The translations under genes were made by a program, and so were the position numbers. Shown piece after piece: positions 1-12,000 of a stretch of DNA of 36,135 nucleotides. Under the pieces are notes generated by a model. That model searched no databases, was not told the origin of the DNA, and worked only from the letters and a program-made list of their open reading frames with translations. The stretch lies in the NCBI GenBank assembly GCA_001655205.1, contig LPNZ01009726.1:1-36135 (forward strand). Reading direction: 5' to 3'. The stretch is from Lenisia limosa (Eukaryota > Protista > Breviatea). Position 1 is the stretch's first letter. Each line of letters opens with the position of its first letter.

Positions 1-179
1 ATCCAGGTTTGGGGAGGAATTTTTTTTTAGTTTCGTGAGTAGAGTATGAATTGCGTTAAACCTAAAACCCAATACCTCGGTCATTTAATCATTCACAGGT
101 TCTTTGCGGATATTCCGATATTGCCACCATGGAGTGCTGGAAGGAGTTCTTGAGTCTCCCAGAGTACCCTGCCATCTAG
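1..179 (+). CDS. 3' end of an unidentified spliced gene (partial)
   Basis: Donor ATCCAG|gtttgg at 7 and acceptor cacag| at 98. The terminal exon reads VLCGYSDIATMECWKEFLSLPEYPAI* (TAG 177-179) if phase 0. The frame is not certain and no family is recognised. Confidence 0.35.
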
Positions 180-388
180 AGTTTTTCGATTAAAATTGTT
201 TTTCTAATTAATGTAATTCTGTTTCCCATACTACAAGTCCATTTTCTCGTGATCCAAGCCAACATATAATCATGACTGTAAACAACAACAAAAAAAAGCT
301 TATCTACTACACGTGTCACAGGGTAATGAACTCCTAAAAAAAGGATCCTTCATCCACACAAAGAAAGCAATAAATAAGTTGTCAAGAT

Positions 389-2073
389 CTACTCCATATT
401 CCATCCGCCAGACACAATCATAGACTGACCGGTCAGCGCACCGGAGGGGAACGCAGCCTATATCGTAAGTTTAGTGACTGGACCTTTATTTCCCATAAAC
501 TCTTGACTCCATGAGCAAAGAAGGTTCTGCTTACAAGATATAAAAAGGTATCGGCGACTTCTTCAACAGTCACAAACTCCTTGGTCACAGTATCCTGGAG
601 GATGAGTAGAAAACAAATTCCGCTGTGTTATAATGTAGAACCTTCACTTTTAACCCCTCCTAAACAGCAAACCTTGAGCATAACGTTCTTGATGACCTCG
701 TCTTCAGTAATCTGGAGCTTAGCCGCTTGCTCTGGGATTTGCTTCTCGACAAGAGGTGTGCGGACGAAGCTGAAACAATAAAGGAAGCCATTTTAGCTCA
801 AAAAAAAAAAACTGTGCTGACAAAATATCCAAAAACCAAAATTTTAACTGCCAAGCAAACCCTGGGCAGACAACGTTGCTTGTGATGTTGAACTCGGCGC
901 CTTCCTTGGCAATAACCTGAAAGAGTCAAGACGCTGTGTGACTTGGGACTCATTTCGATTCCGCACAAATCTCTTTCTCTAATTTATGGCTCACCTTGCA
1001 GAGACCAAGAACACCGTGCTTGGCGGTGACGTAAGGGGCCTTGAGGACTGAGGCAAGCTTGGAATGCACTGATCTGAGGGGTCAGAAAGGGGAGCTGCAA
1101 AACTAGAACTTATTTCAAAATGAAGCGCTCACCCAGTAAAAAGAATAGCACCGGATTTCTGTTCCTTCATGCCTTGCATGGCGTATTTAGCGCAAAGGAA
1201 TGATCTGGGGGGGGGGGGNNNNNNNNNNNNNNNNNNNNNNNNNNNNNNNNNNNNNNNNNNNNNNNNNNNNNNNNNNNNNNNNNNNNNNNNNNNNNNNNNN
1301 NNNNNNNNNATACTACCCAAGGCGGATACTGCCACAAGAAGTACATGGATAGGCAAACATTGTGTGTTTTTACACACTATCTCCAGCCAACCCGTCGAGA
1401 TGGACACCAATGACCTTGCGCCAGTTGTCGAAAGAAAGCTCGTCAACAGGGTCAATGTGTTGGATACTAGGGGGTAAACAGGTAAAGGAAAAAACGAGGT
1501 ATTTCGACCACTGGAAAATCAGGTTGATTCCTGCCACATACCCAGCGTTGCTGATCAGAATGTCAACGCACTTGCCGTAAATGTCCTTAGCAAGTTGAAA
1601 GCCGGCCTTAACCTGCTCCTCATTGGCAACATTCATGGCAGCTAAGCGGTCAGAAGGAAAAGCCGAAAATGCAAACCCAACCGGAGTAATTCACAATCCT
1701 TGCCAATATGCTATTATTTAATAATAATGGGATAGAGAGAGCATCCAGGCAGGCAAAAGGGAGTTTTCTAGAAGACCCCTCTTACAGGCGACGGCCTCAC
1801 CACCTTCGGCCTTGATCTCATCAACAACCTTCTGGGCAGACTCCAAGAAAAGGTCAGCGACGATGACCTTGCTGCCTTCTTTAGCAAATCTCTCTGTGAT
1901 GGTCAATCTTTTTTTTACTTTACATGTATATACTGTCATATTTAAGCCGCTTACTTGCAACACCAGCACCAATTCCGGAACCAGCGCCAGTGACGAGGGT
2001 AACCTTATTGTGAATGGGCTAAAGGGGTTACAACGAAACAAACAATTGTGAAACTTACAGCAGTCACTGTCAT
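389..2073 (-). CDS. D-3-hydroxybutyrate dehydrogenase, bacterial-type classical SDR (11 exons)
   Basis: Spliced translation: MTVTA|[21 protein letters not shown]|[15 protein letters not shown]...|...VDILISNAG|[25 protein letters not shown]|[24 protein letters not shown]|[26 protein letters not shown]|[19 protein letters not shown]|[32 protein letters not shown]|[20 protein letters not shown]|[22 protein letters not shown]. Contains TGxxxGIG, NAG, YxxxK and the HBDH-type IQH, SVH, K..Y and EKQI motifs. All 10 introns are GT-AG. Confidence 0.93.
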
Positions 2074-2444
2074 TATAAATTTAATAAGTTGATAAGAGAA
2101 TAGGCCGATGGGCGGCAAAAAATAATGTGAAAAAGGCGATTTGTCTCGGAGTTTCCTCGGAGTTTCACCAACCGACGGTTTCGGCTCGGTCGTAACCGAA
2201 TTCCTTCGAAAACTTTCGATAGAAAGAAAAGTCTTCTCGGGGCCCGCATTGCTCGTCTTCTTTCTCTCCCCTCCTTGCTTAATAGTCTATTTAAGGTCTA
2301 TTTAAGTGCAGAGAAAAAGAAGGGTGAGAAAGGAAGGAAGTTCAGTGCGAGGAAGAAAAACGAACAGAAGGAACAATTAAACTCTCCCAACTGCTTTAAC
2401 AACAGCCACCACTCACCGCCCCACCCCACCATACACTTAAGAAA
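2074..2444. promoter_or_regulatory. Divergent intergenic/promoter region between HBDH and the surface-protein gene
   Basis: About 370 bp between head-to-head ATGs at 2073 (-) and 2445 (+). Contains tandem 11-mers CTCGGAGTTTC x2 (2145-2166) and GTCTATTTAAG x2 (2285-2306, TATA-like). Confidence 0.55.
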
Positions 2445-4670
2445 ATGTTGCAGTTTAGTTATATATTAACTCTTCTTGCCTGTTGTCTTTTTACTCCAGG
2501 ATTGTCATTCGTTGCGCAAAACCCCAATGGAGGTTTGCTTATTATTAGTAACTCAACCTCTTTTAGACTTGATATCTGATGCCCACTTGGCTGCTCTCTC
2601 AGTGACAGCTAATGATATTTCAGCCACTTCAGGTTGGGGGGGGGGGNNNNNNNNNNNNNNNNNNNNNNNNNNNNNNNNNNNNNNNNNNNNNNNNNNNNNN
2701 NNNNNNNNNNNNNNNNNNNNNNNNNNNNNNNNNNNNNNNNNNNNNNGTCTCTACCGATGAACTTGTCGTCAAAGGTAGGCACTGATAATAACACCAGACA
2801 AAAGCAGTGCTAATGCATCAGGTGTTACACTTTTCCCTGCCCAGGACCGCGTTCTGGTCTTCAACGACACTTCAATTGACATTGGCGTTCAGCTCAATGA
2901 AGCTTGTAGGCTTGTGTGACCTACTCTATTATAGTACCGCCTTCGCGGACAATTAATAAAAAGGTTATATTGTTGATACTTGTTGGATAAAACGTCTAAT
3001 ACAACCAAACATATCATTGATATCCGTTACTGTGGAATTCTCACTATTTAGTTGCCACCTACCCGTCTCCGATTATAGTGGGGGGGGGNNNNNNNNNNNN
3101 NNNNNNNNNNNNNNNNNNNNNNNNNNNNNNNNNNNNNNNNNNNNNNNNNNNNNNNNNNNNNNNNNNNNNNNNNNNNNAATTACCTTTGTTAAGTCTTGTA
3201 CATTTGTCTGAGGTTAATTGATGATCCTCAGGTCAGGCTTGTATGTTCAACAGAGTGGTTTTGGAGACAAAGAGTCCTGGTACCAGATCACACCCTTTTC
3301 CACATGGGTTCTTCCTGTCAAGACAAAACCGACGAATCAAAAGCCCTCATTACGTTACTCACTGAAACGGTTTGTTTTAGGATTTTGTTGATAGGATTGT
3401 GGGGGGATTCTACTCCTTTGTGATCAAATGTTTAGATTTGTGCCTTAAAATGAATAAAGTAGTTTATACCCTCCCATCAATTTTCACCCTTCTAGTCTTC
3501 AGAAAAACAATACATCACCAAGCTTCGCTCCGGCATGTATAGTCACATTCATATGTACCGCCTTACTTTCCTTGACGCAATGGAAGACTACACTTGTGGG
3601 TTAAGTGGTTCTTTATTGTCGCGTAAGTCACTGAAATATTCCTGATTTTTTTTTTCATTGTTTAGATTATGTATCATCAGTAGGAAATGAAGGTGTTGTT
3701 CAGCTCAACGGACAAACTTCGGTGTGTTTCGATGGATACTTCTAAATTATTAACTTCTCCAGATATTGAGCCCAATTCTGAATTACATTTTTCTCTTATG
3801 CCTCTAGCATCACATTATTTAGATGACCTACAACAGAGTGAGATTCTATGGCATTTGGCCCTTCTTCAACCTTCGCTACGCTGGTAATGTTCTCGAACTT
3901 GCCTTCTGCCACTTTGCTCCGAAGGTAGGTGACATTTATGCCCAGTATCAAAGTGAAAGGGACTTACTTTCAAGGTTGATGGCAACAACTTTGGCCTTAT
4001 CAATCAAAGAAATGGTGAGTATTGTTAAGTCTCACTGATATGTGTTATGGATTGCAAGATGTAATAACACATGACTAGAGATTCACTTCAGCACACCAAT
4101 TTTCTGATAAATATCATTGGAAACGAATTTAACCCTTTTGACCATTTAGGCTGGACTGAAGGCTATGGATATGGTCAAGTCATTTTGTCCTACAACTTTG
4201 TTGGAGGGGGGGGGGGGGGNNNNNNNNNNNNNNNNNNNNNNNNNNNNNNNNNNNNNNNNNNNNNNNNNNNNNNNNNNNNNNNNNNNNNNNNNNNNNNNNN
4301 NNTATGTGGTCGGTGAAGAGAGAAGTTGTACATACGAGTATTATGCTTAATGTTGTTGGATCACGTCTAACTTGGCAGAAACCAACAAACGTCGATCGGG
4401 TTGGGTGGACAGCTACATCCACTGCACTCGGAAGTTTCAATACCGAAACTAGGCTATTCACTGGTGAGTGGGATTTGCATCTTTGGTCGACGTGTGAAGG
4501 CTGTGTGACTGTTTTGTTGTTATATGATACTCACGGTTATAGATACTACAGCGGTGACTTTCACAGCCCAAGCACAGTATATCTCGAAGCATTAGACCAT
4601 TTCTCTGGCATATTTAACATCCTATGTAATATTGATTTCCTTACACTTTGGAATCACATTACTACCATGA
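2445..4670 (+). CDS. Hypothetical secreted / putatively GPI-anchored surface protein (multi-exon, three gaps)
   Basis: The N-terminus MLQFSYILTLLACCLFTPGLSFVAQ looks like a signal peptide. Exons with GT-AG boundaries include GVTLFPAQDRVLVFNDTSIDIGVQLNEA, LYVQQSGFGDKESWYQITPF, GLTFKVDGNNFGLINQRN and GWTEGYGYGQVILSYNF. The last exon can read TISLAYLTSYVILISLHFGITLLP* (TGA 4668-4670), a hydrophobic tail. Internal phases are uncertain because of the gaps. Confidence 0.55.
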
Positions 4671-4893
4671 TATCATATGGTACAACAATACTGTAAGAGC
4701 AAAATATGAAACTCCTCCAAAACGCCTCTATGGTGTTTTAGTACACAATAAAACTAAATAATAATTTACACCTCAGAACAAAACAAAAAAAAAAGTGACA
4801 AAACTACATAAGGGTCCAGTGTGAGGAGATAGAAAGGTGCATCAGGGATGCTGGCTGCGTAAACAGCATTCCAACAAGATGTCGCTTGCGGCG

Positions 4894-7800
4894 CTAAGGG
4901 GTCAAGGGAGTCTGTTGTTTTTATTATGATGATATTAAACTATATTATCATGGTAAAGTGCAGGAAATCCAGTAATGATAAAACCTCCCACCTTAGACTT
5001 CTGGCTGATCTCCATGAATGTGTAGACCTCCTCAAGACCCTCATTTCCACGCCATTTGTTCTCCAGATCACGACCTTCTTTCTTGTGAAGTTTCGTGGCA
5101 GTCTAGGGTATTAGTAAATTCGGAAGAGGTGCAGCTCTCATAATCTGCAGATGCAAAAAAAAAAAAACAACGCATACAAATACATGACAGTACTGATGAA
5201 TATGTCAAATATATCATAAACGTTATGATCTTATAGCCTTCAGCAGAAATAGTCGCATTTTTAGATAAACATGTGTAATTACCTTGGAGACGACAGTGAC
5301 TGGTTGGGCTAGGCTTCGAACGTTTTTAAGGAGAGTGTTCAAGGCAGCAACGCTGAGATCGGAGGTTTCGTTGGGTGTAATTTGTGTGGCGGAACGAACT
5401 GCTGTTCTGCATTCAGCCGGCAGTGTAATGAAAGAGGACGTTTCGAAAGCCGAATACGACAATGGAGAGAAGGGCGAGGGGAGAGAGGCAAGGGAGAGGA
5501 GTATTGGGGCAACATGTTCTTGGTCTGGGCGTTTTGAAGGGGCATTTGGCAGGACAAAGAGCTGGAAATCATCTGCTCTTGCCTTAAGGGACGTGTTGGC
5601 TTCGGAATGGGCAGTGAAGAGTTTGACTGCCTCGGAAACGACAGTAGCGGCTGATAACGCACATCGAAGACGGCCAGCAAGAAGCCGACGACACTGGCTT
5701 TGGACCGAAATTGTCGCCCTTTTGGTTCGACGAAAGGCTTGGTGGACCACCACCATCCTGCGCTGGGACTGGAGGAAAACAGTGTGGCGGCGAAGGGCGC
5801 GATATGAGGCACGGACAGTTGCCATGCGCCACCAAGACTGAATTGTTAGGGAATCTAATTATCAAGATGGGATACCCACATTCATTTTTGTTTTTTACCA
5901 ATCCACAATTCTAATAGTGATTCAAACCTGGACAGCAACAGCGGAGTTTTTCTGTTGTTGATAGCGGCAATATTGGACATACATGCGCCAGGTGGACTAG
6001 AACCGTCATTTAGTGAGACTGTGTATACGGTATGGCATCTCCCATTGAAAAAGCAAAAAAAAAGAAGTCAAGAAGATACTGAAGCCCCACCTGGATTCTG
6101 ATAGAAGACACGCGCATGGTGTTGTACGCACATCGCTTCTGATATCCGCGCCAATGGGCCTGGATAAGGGTAGCACTTGACTTCTGAAGTTGGAAGCGCA
6201 TACGGCAGATCTTCATTCGGAAGAAGGCCTAGGACGTCAGAGGATAGTTCCCTCATTGCTGCCAATCCCAACCGTGTAATAAGCATGAAATAGTGAATTA
6301 TCTCTGATATGTGTGTGGACTAGATACTACCCTTGTGTTTCTCATTTTTACATATCATATGGAATATAGAACTAGTATCACAGACAAAAGCGTCGCAACA
6401 GAGAAAAAAAAAAAAAAAAAAAAANNNNNNNNNNNNNNNNNNNNNNNNNNNNNNNNNNNNNNNNNNNNNNNNNNNNNNNNNNNNNNNNNNNNNNNNNNNN
6501 NNNNNNNNNNNNNNNNNNNNNNNNNNAGTTGAGGTATTGTTTTCGAGTCACGAACATCTCCCAAGTTGCCTGAAATAGTCAGCACATACTGGTCGGGTTC
6601 ACTTCAGATTAAAACTTACTAGTACTGATATTATGTTTTTGATACATTGTATTATGAATGTCACCCTTCAAGACTGTCTTGCAACCTTTATCTTGAAAGC
6701 TGCTCTTCTCGCTCTGTTCAGCACCCAGACAGCCGGCAAAACAACACGCCACCATCCTGAAGTGTTAACAATCCCTTTCCTCGAAGAACTAGGAGGGTAA
6801 CAACAATTATGAGGGTAAAACACTCTGTCTGAGGGACCAACCTTGAATCTTGGGCACGGCCTTATTAACGGCTCTTTTGTGGGCCCAAAGCCGCCACCAA
6901 ACACCAAGGCGCACAGCAGCTCCGTTCTATGAAGTTATCAAGGAACTATAGACCACAGTCGTATACTGTGATATTGTTTATTCTATCCATGAAGACTTGC
7001 TGTATTGAGGAAGTTGAGTGATGGAACTATTAGCTTACCCTTCTTTGTTGTTCGACTTGCTCGAAGAGTTCTTCCCTCTCACGTGCGTCTTCCTAGTCCG
7101 TAAATATCATCTAATTTGAAGCCCAAAATAGGAATTATATATGATATGTATTATTTGATCTTCATGTTGTAATATATTATATTATGTAGTATATAGAGAT
7201 AAGAAGTAAACAAAGGTTGTATCTTGCCGAAGCCGTCCACACNNNNNNNNNNNNNNNNNNNNNNNNNNNNNNNNNNNNNNNNNNATTCATAAAAAATATG
7301 CACCATCAAACAAACAAAAAAAAAACCCACACACATTGCATCAATTTGACAATACACGCAGATGAAATAAGAAAAGTAAAAAAGAAACGCGCCTGCTCAC
7401 CAATAGCTTGGCCTCATGAGCAAGGAGGTCCTTTTTGAAGATACTTGACTTGGCTCGGACAATTGGCGAGTTGTGACTGACTTTTCCAGATTGCTAAGCA
7501 GTGAATTTCCAATGGTAAGGCTGAGAGCAGGGAGCCTCTGTCGAGCCAGCCTGTTCATTAATACAGCATGTGATGACCCGTTTATGAGCTCTTTATCTCA
7601 TATAAATGGGGAGTCCTCAAATATACATTCCTCTTTCCCAAATTTGTATTTCACACCTTGTGTTAGTATTCCTTATGTAAGTAGTATTTCACCTTATTAA
7701 CAATTTCAGTTCACAGCAGACAACGCTGCTGACTGTGCCAACAGGTTTGATTTTGGTTGTTGCTTTAATATATATAATTGGTTTTATAAATACTACATGA

Positions 7801-8069
7801 TATATTTTTATACACACCCCCTCTACCGCGGCTAAAAGCTGTTGGACATGGGCAAAAGTTTCGAGGTGACTCTTTTCTAAAAGACTAGGAGGACGACTGG
7901 GGTGGGGGGGGAGGTAAAAGCCATACAGGACGTAATGTTGTGAGTTGATAAGACCACATATTTTCACATTCACTTCTACTAACTACGAACCTTTCCTCTG
8001 CTGAGCTTTCCCAAAGGCCGCCTTGCTGAAGATGTTACCACAAGCAATATTAAAATTAATTTCATTCAT
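4894..8069 (-). CDS. IQ calmodulin-binding motif repeat protein (ASPM-like IQ array; N-terminus uncertain)
   Basis: Spliced repeats: AAVRLGVWWRLWAHKR, AVPKIQ|GWWRVV, AAFKIK|ATWEMFVTRKQY, (gap)|AFFRMKICRMRF, ATLIQAHWRGYQKRCAY, SIRIQ|SWWRMATVRASY, TVFLQSQRRM, ATISVQSQCRR. A coiled-coil exon EDAREREELFEQVEQQRR lies upstream. The start (8069 or 8065) and the last exon TPLTP* are tentative. Confidence 0.75.
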
Positions 8070-8189
8070 ATTTTTATATGTCTGTAAAATGTTGAAGTTG
8101 ATAATATTTAAAGAGAGAATAATTCGATCAAATGGACAAACAAAAATTAAACGGTTTTGGTACCCATAAAAAAAAGAGAAAAAAAAGAG

Positions 8190-8199
8190 AAAAAAAAAA
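8190..8199 (-). terminator. RNA polymerase III oligo(dT) terminator of tRNA-Asn
   Basis: A run of 10 A on + (T on -) lies immediately 3' of the tRNA discriminator base. Confidence 0.8.
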
Positions 8200-8272
8200 C
8201 GCTCCTAACTGGGCTCGAACCAGTGACCTATCGGTTAACAGCCGAGCGCTCTACCATCTGAGCCATAAGAGC
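8200..8272 (-). tRNA. tRNA-Asn (GUU), intronless
   Basis: Reverse complement GCTCTTA TG GCTC AGATGGTA GAGC G CTCGG CT GTT AA CCGAT AGGTC ACTGG TTCGAGC CCAGT TAGGAGC G gives a full cloverleaf with anticodon GTT, discriminator G and B-box GGTTCGAGCCC. Confidence 0.97.
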
Positions 8273-9049
8273 TTAAAATTTTGAGCTCCCATTTTCGATC
8301 CCGACAAAGCACCAAAAAAATTATATCCAACCACACCTTCCTGAAAGCCCGTCCGTCACCATGTAATTATACGTCCCAGGGCCCCACTGTCCGTCGTTCC
8401 GGGCGAACCTGGCGTACCTCACCTCCCACCACCTCACTAACCTCACCTTTGTCTTCCAGCCTCACCCATAACCACCTTATCAACTTTACCTTTTCTTTCC
8501 CTCATACCTATTCGATTTACAACAATTGAATACCATCCCTATTACATTATTATGTGATAAAACGGTTTGCACTCCAAGTGCCCAGATCACCGCCGCGTCA
8601 CCACAGAAGTGATCACCATCCCGCGGCCTTGCTCAGTCCGTTTACCCACTGCCCAGACCAATTGGCCCAGACCGCCCCCCCCCCCCCCNNNNNNNNNNNN
8701 NNNNNNNNNNNNNNNNNNNNNNNNNNNNNNNNNNNNNNNNNNNNNNNNNNNNNNNNNNNNNNNNNNNNNNNNACCGCTGGATCTCTATGATCCTAGTTTT
8801 CAATAGAGATTTTCTGTCATTTTCTGTGGGTGTGTTTGTTGTATCCCTATGATCCAAGTTTAATTGAGACTTTACTGCAAGAAATAATTTTATTGTTCTT
8901 TCAAATGTTGTTTTTTAAATGTTCTTTCAAAAAAAAAACTTTCAAATTTGAGAGTTGGGAGACTAGTGCCCGAATTTGGTGACGAACTGTTGAATTTTGA
9001 TTCCCCTATTGAGGTAATTTCCACTCCCTAAAAGCTGCCAATAATCATC

Positions 9050-12000
9050 TTTGATGGCTCATAAGAAGTATGGAAAAAAGGACCTCCCTTGCCTCACACT
9101 CTCGGAATAATCTCCTCCATTCTAGACAACCCAGGGGTAAGCCTAATTATATTAGGCTTGCCTTTTGTTAAGTGGACCCACATTGACAACCCTGTCATAT
9201 CTCAAATATCGATATTCCATCCGATGTACATCACCACTGGCCTCATTCCAAGACAAAAACTGATAGTATCTGTATCTTCTCCCACAAGGTCCCTAACTAC
9301 GCTTCAAGACGCCACCCCCCTTCCTAGACTTATGGTCTAAGATTTATATCTTGCCTTTGTCTTCAATACATAATTTTTTTTTAAAAAAAAAACACTGTGA
9401 TGTTTATTATAGATGTTATATACACGTATATATGATATAATATGCATTTCCTTATCATAAAAATCATCAAATTTCAGCAAAATGTCCCCAATTTACCTTC
9501 TCGAAAACTTCATGCGGTACAGACTCCCTCCATTGACCATCCTGAATATTGTTACAAAGCTCAAAGCGGACAAAAAGAAGAGTTTAGATAACTAAGCAGC
9601 ATTTCCCATACCTTGAGCGAAGGGTGCTCAATTGTAAACACAAGGTTATCTCGAAGGAAAGAAGTGTTGTCCAGGAAAGGTGTGGCCTTCTTGCTAAGAT
9701 TAATCACCGATCTAAAATGTCACATTTCATTAGCATCCTCAGCACAATCATTTTGACCATTGTAATCCTTTAGGTTACGATTCACTTTGTGTTTAAACAC
9801 AGCTTTGCAAACCGATTGTTCTTGGCAACGATCATTTGGTCAAAGTAAATGACCTCGTAATTGTCTGGGGAGGGGTCGAGTCGTTGTTCGATAAAGAGGC
9901 GGAACGCTTGAGTGTCCATCATTTCTCGGATGAAAGCCTAGGGAATTAATCGCTGTGCGTCAGGATGTGCAATCAGCCGGCAAGGCCTTGACTATCAAGT
10001 GAAAAAGAATAATATGAGACCATCGTGTGACAATTTTTTAAGAGGTCAAGAGGATGCTACAAGGCCATGTGGAACAATGATAGTGCTTTTATCTAAGACA
10101 CATCGGCTTTCAATTTATTTCAAAGTGTTACCTATTCCTACCCTGTCATCAGAGCTATTAGCCTTTAAGAAACCTTCACGATCGAACTGAATTTCTTCGA
10201 CTCCATCACCCTACATATTGAGCTTCTTTCAAATAAGGGAACTGTATATAATCCTGAAAGAAAACACCATTTGGTGTGACATTATAAAAGGTGAAAACGA
10301 AAACATGTCATCAATAAAAGCAATGAAAAATGAGAAAATATAATACATTCAAAATAACTAGTGTACAAAATTTGGGGAATAATGTCAAAAATAATGTGAA
10401 AATTAAAAAAAAAAACAGCACCTCAAAAATAGAATAATCGAAAGTTTTCTTGCAAAGTCTGACAACTTAATGAAACGTACGTTTTCAGCAGGGCGTAAGA
10501 ACTTCTTGTACTTGAGGAACAAAGAGACAAAGAACCAAAGGAACGCCTGACGGATGGCTGGAGGGTCGAATGTGCCGTGTGAAGGGCTTGGAGGAACTAA
10601 TAACGTGAATTGGGATCCAGAATAAGAAGGTCATTTCATAAAAGGGCTTCGCTGGTAACAGAACAAAGTGACTATATTATATGGAATAATCTCGGATAAA
10701 CATCGATATTTACTCTGCCATATTGAATGAAACTACAACGAGCAAACCGCTTTGGGAACCAGTACGCTTTCTGGCTTTCTCCTTCTTGAGTCTAGCCTTC
10801 TCGTTCTTTTGGGCCATGATATCACCAGAAGTACCAGCAAGGGGAACTCTAGGTGGGTGATAAGGAAGTTTGTCATTTGGATGAAAGAGTGTTCCCCTTA
10901 GTATTAATACTATGTATGTAACTGAGGACCTAAACGGGTAAAGCCTTAGGAAAAGGGCATTTTAAACGGCATTCCAATCGTCTTACCGGCCTTCGTTTGA
11001 GACTTTGATGGGTATTTCCTGAAGTGTAAGCAACATATATTCACATAAATTATTGGGGAATTCGTGTTAAAACGAAAAGCGCTGTGCGTGTGTATATTAT
11101 ATGTAGATAATATTATAAACACATATTAACCCTGAATAATTGTAGACAGAAATAAGGCCTTCGATATCAATATAGATACCTGGTAATAAGCTCACTCACC
11201 ATAGCAGGGTATGCAGAGTCACCAGCGTAAACTTCAGCAGAGAAAGGGTTGACTTCAATAGAGGCACACCTTAATATTAGAGAAAAAATTGAAGAAATAA
11301 AAAATTGAACAGGCTGCGTTTTTTTATCTCACTAGACTTAAACTTAAAAAAGCTTTTCGTGTGAACCCCATAAACATATTAAAATATCAATTAATAGTAT
11401 CCCCACTCTTTGAGCTTGTTGAGCAGTTTTTGATGTTGATGTTCCGGCAGACGAGGGAGCATTCTGGTGGCTTTCACGGTGTTATCGTCACAATTAAATA
11501 CAACAGCCTGGTGAAGAGGGTAAAAGGAAGTAATACAGATTTGATTAGGATTAAAATAACAAAACCAAAAACTGATTGTTTTAAAATGAAAAATGCATAT
11601 TGCAGCAAGGTAGAAGGAGGTGAAATAAACAAAAAGAAAAAGCACTTTCCCACACTTACCAAATAAATTTGGAAAATAAATGTGAATGACAACAAATAAA
11701 TACATGATGAAATTAAAAACCAAAAATATTGCATCCAATAAAAATTATCAATAATACTATAATTTATCTACACCTCCATCCTCCCAAACCCATCCTTCCG
11801 CATACCTCATGACCAGCATCGATGCTATTGAAATCCTCTGTTGGAACGCCCATACAGAAAGGGGTCGGCGCGTCAAGGTAATCATAGAGGTCAGGCGGGA
11901 GAACCTGTCAAGTGATGAGGGAGCGTGGGCTTTATATCGCCCGGGAAAATTTCGAAGAGATCTCCACTTCGGTTTGAAAAAGACCGGTAAAATATTGATA

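Noticed and set aside
310-315. CACGTG E-box as a target of the local bHLH
   Set aside because: It lies between two convergent 3' ends rather than in a promoter, and a single hexamer is expected by chance.
5284-5841. 185-aa + strand ORF (and 5339-5812 alternative-frame ORF)
   Set aside because: Antisense or off-frame shadows of the long IQ-protein exon on the - strand; no motif of their own.
4894-8069. Calling the IQ protein an ASPM orthologue or a myosin
   Set aside because: No CH domains, ASH domain or motor motifs could be found upstream of the IQ array. A short LLSALPLEI F-box-like reading near 7500-7540 is in an unverified frame.
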